Shown here one piece after another: positions 8,335 through 15,285 of a DNA stretch of 32,220 bases. Location: assembly GCA_964588635.1 (NCBI GenBank), contig CAZPQP010000003.1:1-32220 (forward strand). The letters run 5' to 3'. How positions within the stretch are numbered: position 1 is the stretch's first letter; every line of letters begins with the position of its first letter. Made by a program: the position numbers and the translations under genes. Origin of the DNA: an uncultured Bifidobacterium sp. Its GTDB lineage: Bacteria; Actinomycetota; Thermoleophilia; Gaiellales; F1-60-MAGs149. Under the pieces are notes generated by a model that did no database searches, had not been told where the DNA came from, and saw only the letters and a list, made by a program, of their open reading frames with translations.

Positions 8335-9263
8335 CGGCGGACTCCGCGGGCCCGCTCGGTCAGGTAGGCGTAGATGCTCTCCAGATCCTCATCCGTCGGC
8401 TCGACGGCGCGCAGTTCGGCGGCCACGTCGCGCGCCAGCCCCGGCAGCGCAAGAGCCAGCTCGTCGGGGCGATTCGTCGCCACGAGCAGCGACGTCGCCT
8501 CGACCTCGACGCGCTGCACGCCCTCGAGCTCGGCGATCGCGGCGGCCAGCGGGCGCGGGCGATCCGTCTCCACGCGGATGCGGCGCGGGCGCTCCTCCAT
8601 CAGCGCCCGCAGCGCCGGCGGCGAGCCCTCGGCGACCAGCCGGCCGTTCACGAGCACGAGCACGCGGTCGGCCACGCGCTCCACCTCGCCCAGCACGTGG
8701 CTGGAGAACACGGTGGCGACGCCCTCGGCGCCGAGTCGATGGAGCAGCGCGATGACGCTCTCCCGCTGCTGGGGGTCGAGCCCGTTGAGCGGCTCGTCGA
8801 GGATCAGCACGCGCGGGCGGTGGACGAGCGCCTGGGCGATCTTGACGCGCTGGCGCATGCCCTGGGAGAAGCCCTTGACGTCGCGCTCGGCGACGTCGGT
8901 CAGATCGACCGTCGCGAGGGCCGCTGCCGCCGCAGCACGCGGCTGAGGTACGCCGCGCAGGCGGGCGCAGGCTTCGACGAAGCCCCGGGCGGTCAGCCCC
9001 GACCAGACGCCATCGCCATCGGGCACCAGCCCGAGCAGCGCGCGGGCCTCGCCGCTGCGGCGAGGGTCCCGCCCGTCGATGCGGACCGTGCCCTCGTCGG
9101 GGCGCGCAAGCCCTGCGGCAAGGCGGATGGCGGTCGACTTCCCCGCGCCGTTGTGGCCCAGCAATCCGGTCACGCCGGGCTCGATCGCGAACGAGACGTC
9201 GCCGACGGCCACGGTGTCGCGGTACCACTTGGAGACGCGGTCGAACTCGAGCAGCGGCGTCAT
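8331..9263 (-). CDS. ABC transporter ATP-binding protein (second pair)
   Basis: The start MTPLLEFDRVSKWY is at ATG 9263. Walker A is GHNGAGKST, the signature is FSQGMRQR and Walker B is VLILDEPLNGLD. The C-terminal domain is DUF4162-like. The 578-aa ORF-track form is an upstream artefact. Confidence 0.9.
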   Translation of the reverse strand: MTPLLEFDRVSKWYRDTVAVGDVSFAIEPGVTGLLGHNGAGKSTAIRLAAGLARPDEGTVRIDGRDPRRSGEARALLGLVPDGDGVWSGLTARGFVEACARLRGVPQPRAAAAAALATVDLTDVAERDVKGFSQGMRQRVKIAQALVHRPRVLILDEPLNGLDPQQRESVIALLHRLGAEGVATVFSSHVLGEVERVADRVLVLVNGRLVAEGSPPALRALMEERPRRIRVETDRPRPLAAAIAELEGVQRVEVEATSLLVATNRPDELALALPGLARDVAAELRAVEPTDEDLESIYAYLTERARGVRR

Positions 9264-10156
9264 GCGCCACGCCGCCGGTAGCGCAGGGCCAGCACCAGGA
9301 CACACACGGCAACGACGATCGCGTTGGCGACCAGCAGCGGTGCGAGCTCTGGGCGATTCGCGGCGACGAACGGTCCGTCGCCGCCGGTGATCTGCTCGCC
9401 GCCGATCATGATCTGCGCGAGCCACACGGGCAGTGCCTGCAGGTTGAGGATGCGGGCGTTGTTGCCGAGATCGGCGACCTCCGCCAGCACGCCGGACACC
9501 ATGCCGGAGATCACGATGAGCAGGATGAACCCGACGCTCGCGAAGGCGCGACGGCTCGTCAGGGACGCCACCGCCAGCCCCATCAGCGTGTAGACGAAGG
9601 CGATCAGGAGACCGCCGCCGATGATCGCCGGCACCTCCCGCAGGTGGCTCTCGATGTAGCCGAGCGGGTGCGTGGCGAAGAACACGTTGCCGACGTACAG
9701 GATCAGCAGCGGCAGCATGGTCACGGCCAGCAGCGGCACGAGCGAGGCGACGATCTTGCCGAGCACGTACTCGCGGGGACTCATCGCCGTGGACAGGTAG
9801 AGGTCGAGCACGCGGCTGCGGCGGTCCGGGCAGATCGTCTCGGGGATGACGATGGCGGCGTACGCCCAGATCGCGAACCCGATGAACGTGTAGTAGAAGG
9901 CGTACGGCACCACATCCGTCGGCAGCTGCTCCGCGATCTCGCCGCCGAGCAGGGCCTTCAGGCCGAGGACCGTGACGGCCGGGCCGAGGGCGATCAGGAT
10001 CAGGCCGACAGGGACGACCTTGGCCGTCCACGGACGGCGTGCCCCCAGCGAGCGCAGGGCGCTCCACTTGGCCATCGAGGCGACGGCGCGTCGGGTGGAT
10101 CCGCGCACCTCACCCTCGTACGGCCGGTAGCGCACGTCGTGGATGCGCGCGCTCAC
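9260..10156 (-). CDS. ABC-2 type transporter permease (first pair)
   Basis: It is a 298-aa multi-span membrane protein. ATGA-type overlaps occur at both ends, with ATPase genes at 10153..10156 and 9260..9263. Confidence 0.7.
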   Translation of the reverse strand: MSARIHDVRYRPYEGEVRGSTRRAVASMAKWSALRSLGARRPWTAKVVPVGLILIALGPAVTVLGLKALLGGEIAEQLPTDVVPYAFYYTFIGFAIWAYAAIVIPETICPDRRSRVLDLYLSTAMSPREYVLGKIVASLVPLLAVTMLPLLILYVGNVFFATHPLGYIESHLREVPAIIGGGLLIAFVYTLMGLAVASLTSRRAFASVGFILLIVISGMVSGVLAEVADLGNNARILNLQALPVWLAQIMIGGEQITGGDGPFVAANRPELAPLLVANAIVVAVCVLVLALRYRRRGA

Positions 10157-11073
10157 CCGATCGCCTCCAGCAGCTCGTCCTCGATCGAGGGGCCTGCGGG
10201 ATGCAGGCGCCGCAGGCCGCTGCCGGTCTCCGCGGCGGCATCGCGCACGATGGCGCGATCCTCGTCACGGGCGATGCGGGCGCGGAGTCGCTGCTCGCCC
10301 GCGGGTTCGGTCGCGACGCCGCGATCCTGCAGCGCGGTCAGCAGTGCTCCGGGATCGCCGACGGTCTCGATCAGGAGCTCGTCATCCTCGCCTGCGTTCG
10401 CGGCCAGCGGGCGATCGAGCGTGACGCGGCCCTGTCGCAGGACGACGACGTGGTCGCAGGTGCGGCGGATGTCGTCGAGGATGTGCGACGAGATCAGCAC
10501 GCGGACGCCGAGATCCTGCGAGACGCGGCGGATCACCTCGAGCATCTCCGAGCGCTGGGCGGGATCGAGGCCGTTCGTCGGCTCATCGAGGATGATCAGC
10601 TCGGGGGCGTGGACGAGCGCCTGGGCGATCTTCACGCGCTGCCGCATGCCAAGCGAGAAGGAGCCGATCACGCGGGAGCGCTCCTCCTCGAGACCGACGG
10701 CGAACAGCACCTCGGAGGCGCGGCGGATGGCGTCGGCCCGCGACAGCCCGCGGAGCTCCGCCAGATGGCGCACCAGATCGGCTGCGGTCAACTCGGGCGG
10801 CAGGCACTCGTGCTCCGGCGCGTAGCCGATGCGGCGCCGGATGCGATCGCCGTGCGTGCGCGCGTTCTCGCCGAGCACGTCGATCTCACCGCCGTCGAGG
10901 CGCACGAGGCCGAGGATGGCCTTCATCAGCGTGGACTTGCCGGCGCCGTTGCGTCCGAGGAGTCCCGTCGCCGGCGCGTCGATGCGCACGGTCACGTCGT
11001 CGAGGGCGACGACGCTGCCGTAGCTGCGCCGCGCACCCCGCACCTCGATCGCCGGAGTCACCGCCACGTGCAC
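10153..11073 (-). CDS. ABC transporter ATP-binding protein (first pair)
   Basis: Walker A is GRNGAGKST, the signature is FSLGMRQR and Walker B is LIILDEPTNGLD. The C-terminal domain is DUF4162-like. The start is one of three closely spaced GTGs (11073, 11067, 11061). Confidence 0.9.
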   Translation of the reverse strand: MHVAVTPAIEVRGARRSYGSVVALDDVTVRIDAPATGLLGRNGAGKSTLMKAILGLVRLDGGEIDVLGENARTHGDRIRRRIGYAPEHECLPPELTAADLVRHLAELRGLSRADAIRRASEVLFAVGLEEERSRVIGSFSLGMRQRVKIAQALVHAPELIILDEPTNGLDPAQRSEMLEVIRRVSQDLGVRVLISSHILDDIRRTCDHVVVLRQGRVTLDRPLAANAGEDDELLIETVGDPGALLTALQDRGVATEPAGEQRLRARIARDEDRAIVRDAAAETGSGLRRLHPAGPSIEDELLEAIG

Positions 11074-11088
11074 AGCCTACGCGTTCGC

Positions 11089-11128
11089 GCCGGTGGGTTG
11101 CGGACACGCTGGTCCGCAACCCACCGGC
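11089..11128 (-). terminator. Perfect 17-bp-stem hairpin between the rhodopsin stop and the ABC ATPase start (terminator or attenuator-like, no U-tract)
   Basis: GCCGGTGGGTTGCGGAC-ACGCTG-GTCCGCAACCCACCGGC. It starts 15 nt after the rhodopsin stop codon and ends 16 nt before the ABC start codon. Confidence 0.55.
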
Positions 11129-11142
11129 GACGACGCGGAGAG

Positions 11143-11853
11143 CTAGGCCGTCGCCTTGTGCGAGCTCTTGACGCCGGTCACCAGGACGATGCCGAACGCG
11201 ACCTTGGCGAGCACGTCGATCACGGCGAAGACCAGGATCTCGCCGGTCAGGCTCAGCGCACCCGTGCCCTCGGTGCCGAGCACCCAGAGGATCGGGTAGA
11301 TGAACCACAGCACCGTGAGGATGCCGAGCAGCTTCGTGAAGAGCGGCTTCGACGCGGCATCCAGGTGGGCCTTGACGGGGCTGAACAGCGCCCACAGGAC
11401 GAGCAGGAAGAACACGCAGCTGATCGCGTACCAGATCCACTTGTCGCTGTGGTCACCGCGCAGCGATGCGATCAGACCGGTGGCGATCATCAGCACGTCG
11501 GCACCGAGCACCCAGCCGATCAGGCCGTTGCGGGCGCGGGCGGCGTCGCCGCCACCCGTGAGCGGTGCAAGGCCGACCGTCAGGAGGCCGAGCAGCAGCA
11601 GCGGCGTCGTGACGACCCAGTCGACGTAGCGGGCGTAGAAGATCTGCTGGCCCGCGACCTCGACGACGCCGGTGCCGGTCGCCATCGCGAGGTAGGCACA
11701 CGCGGCGATCGCGCAGACGAAGAAGCTCGCCGTCACGTGGTGCCGTTCATTGTTGGGAAGGCTGAAGCCGATCGCGGCGATGATCACTGCGCCGATTGCC
11801 ATTCCCGCCGTCCCGAGCCAGAGGATGAGCTCCTGCGTGGACGTCAGTTCCAT
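11143..11853 (-). CDS. Microbial (type 1) rhodopsin, bacteriorhodopsin-like, DTG motif
   Basis: It is 236 aa with seven hydrophobic segments. Helix C reads ARYVDWVVTTPLLLLGL (BR: ARYADWLFTTPLLLLDL). Helix F reads VLWFIYPILWVLGTEG (BR: VLWSAYPVVWLIGSEG). Helix G reads VFAVIDVLAKVAFGIVLV (BR: LFMVLDVSAKVGFGLILL), with the Schiff-base Lys at residue 217 (codon 11205..11203). An AAGGAA SD lies about 10 nt before the ATG. Confidence 0.9.
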   Translation of the reverse strand: MELTSTQELILWLGTAGMAIGAVIIAAIGFSLPNNERHHVTASFFVCAIAACAYLAMATGTGVVEVAGQQIFYARYVDWVVTTPLLLLGLLTVGLAPLTGGGDAARARNGLIGWVLGADVLMIATGLIASLRGDHSDKWIWYAISCVFFLLVLWALFSPVKAHLDAASKPLFTKLLGILTVLWFIYPILWVLGTEGTGALSLTGEILVFAVIDVLAKVAFGIVLVTGVKSSHKATA

Positions 11854-11964
11854 GGGTCACCTGTTCCTTGTCGCGCTTGTGCGCCGGAGGTATACCGGGC
11901 ATGAGAATCTTCGCAGGCGGTGGGGGGCGCGACAGGACAGGATTCCGTCATCCCCGTTTTCGTG

Positions 11965-11990
11965 CCAATCTGGATCCGGATCCACATTGG
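11965..11990. promoter_or_regulatory. 26-bp near-perfect palindrome (candidate dimeric-regulator operator), copy 1
   Basis: CCAATcTGGATCC|GGATCCAcATTGG. The 14-bp core TGGATCCGGATCCA is perfectly self-complementary and each arm has one mismatch position. It lies in the divergent rhodopsin/leuS intergenic region. Confidence 0.4.
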
Positions 11991-12001
11991 TCTGTTTCGT
12001 G

Positions 12002-12027
12002 CCAATCTGGATCCGGATCCAAATTGG
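12002..12027. promoter_or_regulatory. 26-bp near-perfect palindrome (candidate operator), copy 2
   Basis: CCAATcTGGATCC|GGATCCAaATTGG lies 37 bp (about 3.5 helical turns) from copy 1. Confidence 0.4.
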
Positions 12028-12092
12028 TCGATTTCGTGCACGTTTTCTGCGCAAACCCCGGTGGACCGCGGCGGCGCGACGGACGGACTCCG

Positions 12093-12098
12093 TATCCT
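12093..12098 (+). promoter_or_regulatory. Candidate -10 element (TATCCT), consistent with a leaderless leuS mRNA
   Basis: The TANNNT-type hexamer is followed by exactly 6 nt and then GTG 12105. There is no SD upstream of that GTG. This is pattern matching only. Confidence 0.25.
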
Positions 12099-12104
12099 GC
12101 CGAC

Positions 12105-14606
12105 GTGGAGCGATACGACCCCCAGGCCGTCGAGGCGCGTTGGCAGCGGGTGTGGGCCGACGAGAAGGCGTTCGAGACGCCCAATCCGGCCGATCCGGCG
12201 TCCGATGACGCGCCGCGCGCGTACGTGCTGGAGATGCTGCCGTACCCGTCCGGCGATCTGCACATGGGCCACGTCACCAACTACACGATGGGCGACGTCG
12301 TCTCGCATTTCCGCCGCCGCACCGGGCACAGGGTGCTCCATCCGATGGGCTACGACTCGTTCGGCCTGCCCGCCGAGAACGCGGCGATCAAGACCGGCGG
12401 CAAGCCCGCTGAGGTGACGGCCCGCAACATCGCGCGCATCCGCGAGCAGATGCTGCGCATGGGCTGGTCGATCGACTGGAGTCGCGAGCTCTCGACCTCG
12501 GATCCCGCGTACTACAGGTGGACGCAGTGGATCTTCCTGCGCATGTTCGAGCGCGGGCTCGCCTACAAGCGCGGCGCTGCCGTCAAGTGGTGCCCGCAGG
12601 ATCAGACGGTGCTTGCCAACGAGCAGGTCGTCGACGGTCACTGCGAGCGCTGCGGCACCGAGGTCGAGGCGCGTGATCTCGAGCAGTGGTTCTTCCGCAT
12701 CACCGACTACGCCGATCGGCTGCTCGACGACATGGAGAAGCTCGAGCAGTGGCCCGAGCGCGTGCTCACCATGCAGCGCAACTGGATCGGGCGCTCGCAT
12801 GGTGCCGAGGTGCAGTTCACCGTGGTCGGCGGCGACGAGGCGATCCCGGTCTTCACGACGCGCCCCGACACGCTGTTCGGCGCCACGTTCTTCGTGCTCG
12901 CGCCCGAGCACCCGATGATCGGCGACCTCGTTCGCGGCACCGACGCCGAGGCCGAGGTGCTGGACTACATCCGCCGTCGCGGTGCCGAGTCGGTGGCCGA
13001 CCGCATGCGCGACGATCGCCCCAAGACGGGTGTCGACACGGGCCGCCGCGTCCTCAACCCCGTGACGGGCGAGGAGATCCCGATCTGGGTCTCGGACTAC
13101 GTGCTCGTGGAGTACGGCACCGGCGCGATCATGGCCGTGCCCGCGCACGACGAGCGCGACCACGCGTTCGCGCTCGCCTTCGGGCTGCCGATCCGCCAAG
13201 TCGTGGCGGCCGCCGACGGCGCCGACGTGGACGTGCAGGCGCAGGCCTTCACCGGCGCCGGCGACGACGCGGTGCTCGTGAACTCGGGGCAGTTCGACGG
13301 CATGACGGTCGCCGAGGCCAAGAACGCCGTGCCGGCCTGGCTGGCCGAGGACGGCCGCGGTGAGCAGAAGACCGCCTACCGCCTGCGCGACTGGCTCGTC
13401 TCGCGCCAGCGCTACTGGGGCGCGCCGATCCCGATCATCGACTGCCCGTCGTGCGGCCTCGTGCCCGTGCCCGACGCCGATCTACCCGTGCGCCTGCCGG
13501 ACATCGAGGATTACGCGCCCAAGGGCCGCTCGCCGCTGGCCGCCGCGGAGGAGTGGCGCGCCGTGCCGTGCCCGTCCTGCGGGGCCGCCGCGCAGCGCGA
13601 GACTGACACCATGGACACGTTCGTCGATTCCTCGTGGTACTACCTGCGCTACGTCAACGCCCATGACGACCTTGAGGCCTTTGCCAAGGGAGACGTCGAT
13701 TGGTGGCTCCCCGTCGGGCAGTACATCGGCGGCGTCGAGCACGCGATCCTGCACCTGCTGTACAGCCGGTTCTTCACGAAGGTGCTGTTCGACGCGGGCT
13801 ACCTCGGCTTCGAGGAGCCGTTCGCCAACCTCTTCACGCAGGGGATGATCTACAAGGACGGCGCGAAGATGTCCAAGTCCAAGGGCAACGTCGTCGCCCC
13901 GGACGAGATCGTCAACCGCTACGGCGCCGACGCCCTGCGCATGTACGTGCTGTTCATGGGCCCGCCCGAGCAGGACAAGGAGTGGTCCGACAGCGGCGTG
14001 CTCGGTCCCTCGCGCTTCCTCGACCGGCTGTGGAAGGCCGTCGACCGCATCGCGGCGGAGACGTCGGGCGGGCCGCTGCCCGCACCGCCGGCCGGTGCCG
14101 ACGGCGGTGCGCTCGAGCTGCTGCGCCTCACCCACCACTCGATCCAGCGCGTGACCGAGGACATCGACCGCCGCCTGCAGTTCAACACCGCGATCGCCGC
14201 CGCGATGGAGCTGCTCAACGGCATCGAGAAGCAGCGGGATGCGCTGCTCGGCGATCCGATCGGCGGTCAGGCGCTGCGTCACGCCGCCGGCACGCTGGTG
14301 TGCCTCGTGCAGCCGTTCGCCCCGCACATCGCGGAGGAGCTGTGGGAGACCCTCGGTGGCTCCCGTCTGTGGGAGACGCCGTGGCCCGCCGCGGATCCGG
14401 CGCTGCTCGTGGCCGATACGTTCGAGTGCGTGGTACAGATCAACGGCAAGCTGCGCGAGCGCGTGCAGCTCGGCTGCGGACTGCCGAAGGACGAGGTGCT
14501 GGCGGCGGTGAAGACGCTGCCGAAGATCAGCGAGCAGCTCGAGGGTCGGGAAGTGGTCAAGGAGATCGTGGTTCCCGACAAGCTCGTCAACATCGTCGTC
14601 AGGTAG
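12105..14606 (+). CDS. leuS: Leucine--tRNA ligase
   Basis: VERYDPQAVEARWQRVWADEKAFE is a typical LeuS N-terminus. The HIGH motif is HMGH (PYPSGDLHMGHV) and KMSKS is intact (KMSKSKGN). A CP1 editing region is present. The ORF-track start at 11868 runs through the non-coding repeats and was rejected. Confidence 0.92.
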   Translation: MERYDPQAVEARWQRVWADEKAFETPNPADPASDDAPRAYVLEMLPYPSGDLHMGHVTNYTMGDVVSHFRRRTGHRVLHPMGYDSFGLPAENAAIKTGGKPAEVTARNIARIREQMLRMGWSIDWSRELSTSDPAYYRWTQWIFLRMFERGLAYKRGAAVKWCPQDQTVLANEQVVDGHCERCGTEVEARDLEQWFFRITDYADRLLDDMEKLEQWPERVLTMQRNWIGRSHGAEVQFTVVGGDEAIPVFTTRPDTLFGATFFVLAPEHPMIGDLVRGTDAEAEVLDYIRRRGAESVADRMRDDRPKTGVDTGRRVLNPVTGEEIPIWVSDYVLVEYGTGAIMAVPAHDERDHAFALAFGLPIRQVVAAADGADVDVQAQAFTGAGDDAVLVNSGQFDGMTVAEAKNAVPAWLAEDGRGEQKTAYRLRDWLVSRQRYWGAPIPIIDCPSCGLVPVPDADLPVRLPDIEDYAPKGRSPLAAAEEWRAVPCPSCGAAAQRETDTMDTFVDSSWYYLRYVNAHDDLEAFAKGDVDWWLPVGQYIGGVEHAILHLLYSRFFTKVLFDAGYLGFEEPFANLFTQGMIYKDGAKMSKSKGNVVAPDEIVNRYGADALRMYVLFMGPPEQDKEWSDSGVLGPSRFLDRLWKAVDRIAAETSGGPLPAPPAGADGGALELLRLTHHSIQRVTEDIDRRLQFNTAIAAAMELLNGIEKQRDALLGDPIGGQALRHAAGTLVCLVQPFAPHIAEELWETLGGSRLWETPWPAADPALLVADTFECVVQINGKLRERVQLGCGLPKDEVLAAVKTLPKISEQLEGREVVKEIVVPDKLVNIVVR

Positions 14607-14688
14607 CGGCGCCTTCGCGCGCGCGTCCGCGCGCATCCCGTGCGGATTCGGCGCTCGCCCGCGCAGGGTGGGGCGGCAGGCTTGCGTC

Positions 14689-15285
14689 ATGCCCCCGCTC
14701 GACCGCCGAACGCTCCTCCTCGGACTCGCCGCCATCCTCCTCCTGGCGGCGGCAGTGACGTTCATCCGCGGTCGCGGGGGCGATGCGCGCCCGCCGGTGC
14801 CGGTCCCCGCAGCCACCGCTGCGGCCGACGGCGCCGGCGGTGTCGCGCCGGCGGCCGAGGAGCCGCTGATCGTCCACGTGACGGGCGCGGTGCGGCGTCC
14901 GGGGGTGTACCAGCTGGCCGAGGGCACGCGGATCGTCGATGCCATCGCCAAGGCAGGTGGCATCACCGCCAAGGCCGACGCGGTGACGGTCAATCTGGCG
15001 GCGCTCCTGATCGACGGTCAGCAGATCGTCGTGCCCGAGGCCTTCACGCCCGGCGCGGGCGCGGCGCCCACGGGGGAGGGACCCGCGGTGAGCGGCGTCG
15101 TGCACCTCAACAGCGCCGACGTCGTCGCGTTGGACGCGCTCCCCGGCGTGGGGCCCGCCACGGCCCAGCGCATCGTCGAATGGCGCACGCAGAACGGCGG
15201 CTTCCGCAGCGTCGACGACTTGGAGCAGGTGCCGGGCATCGGACCGGCCAAGCTCGACGCGCTGCGCGATCTCGTCGCGCCGTGA
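14689..15285 (+). CDS. comEA: ComEA family DNA-binding protein (TM anchor, SLBB domain, tandem helix-hairpin-helix)
   Basis: LIVHVTGAVRRPGVYQLAEGTRIVDAIAKAGG is the SLBB domain. VHLNSADVVALDALPGVGPATAQRIVEWRTQNGGFRSVDDLEQVPGIGPAKL is the HhH domain. The start is ATG 14689 or GTG 14668. Confidence 0.85.
   Translation: MPPLDRRTLLLGLAAILLLAAAVTFIRGRGGDARPPVPVPAATAAADGAGGVAPAAEEPLIVHVTGAVRRPGVYQLAEGTRIVDAIAKAGGITAKADAVTVNLAALLIDGQQIVVPEAFTPGAGAAPTGEGPAVSGVVHLNSADVVALDALPGVGPATAQRIVEWRTQNGGFRSVDDLEQVPGIGPAKLDALRDLVAP

Larger units (their letters stand above)
11958..12039. repeat. Tandem 37-bp direct repeat, 2.2 copies (34/37 identity between full copies)
   Basis: Unit 1 (11958..11994) is TTTCGTGCCAATCTGGATCCGGATCCACATTGGTCTG. 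Unit 2 (11995..12031) is TTTCGTGCCAATCTGGATCCGGATCCAAATTGGTCGA. A third partial copy, TTTCGTGC, is at 12032..12039. The period is not a multiple of 3, so the repeat is non-coding. Confidence 0.9.

Noticed and set aside
8331-10067. N-terminal extensions of real genes in the ORF track: the ABC ATPase as 578 aa, comEC as 685 aa from 14640, gatB as 832 aa from 22006, leuS as 912 aa from 11868, the SbtB-like gene as 262 aa, and the Mur-like gene from 17718.
   Set aside because: The extensions overlap upstream genes, a tRNA or the non-coding repeat. They have low-complexity composition. Canonical family N-termini with stop/start overlaps or SD sites occur at the downstream starts I used.
11958-12039. 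The 37-bp repeats as a mini CRISPR array.
   Set aside because: The copies are directly adjacent with no spacers. There are only about 2.2 copies and no cas genes.
12050-12075. A T-box-like motif (CCCCGGTGGACCGCGG versus the consensus GGGUGGUACCGCG) upstream of leuS, suggesting a tRNA-sensing T-box leader.
   Set aside because: The match lacks one base of the UGGN bulge. The implied N would pair with a U discriminator rather than the A of tRNA-Leu. I could find no Stem I specifier loop, GA/K-turn motif or terminator/antiterminator alternative. The motif is ordinary for GC-rich sequence, and a -10-like hexamer suggests a leaderless leuS transcript starting downstream of it.
11901-12104. ATG 11901 as a leuS start, giving a 68-aa N-terminal extension.
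   Set aside because: The extension would be translated from the 37-bp tandem repeat, whose period is not a multiple of 3, so the two copies give unrelated peptides. The canonical LeuS N-terminus begins at GTG 12105.
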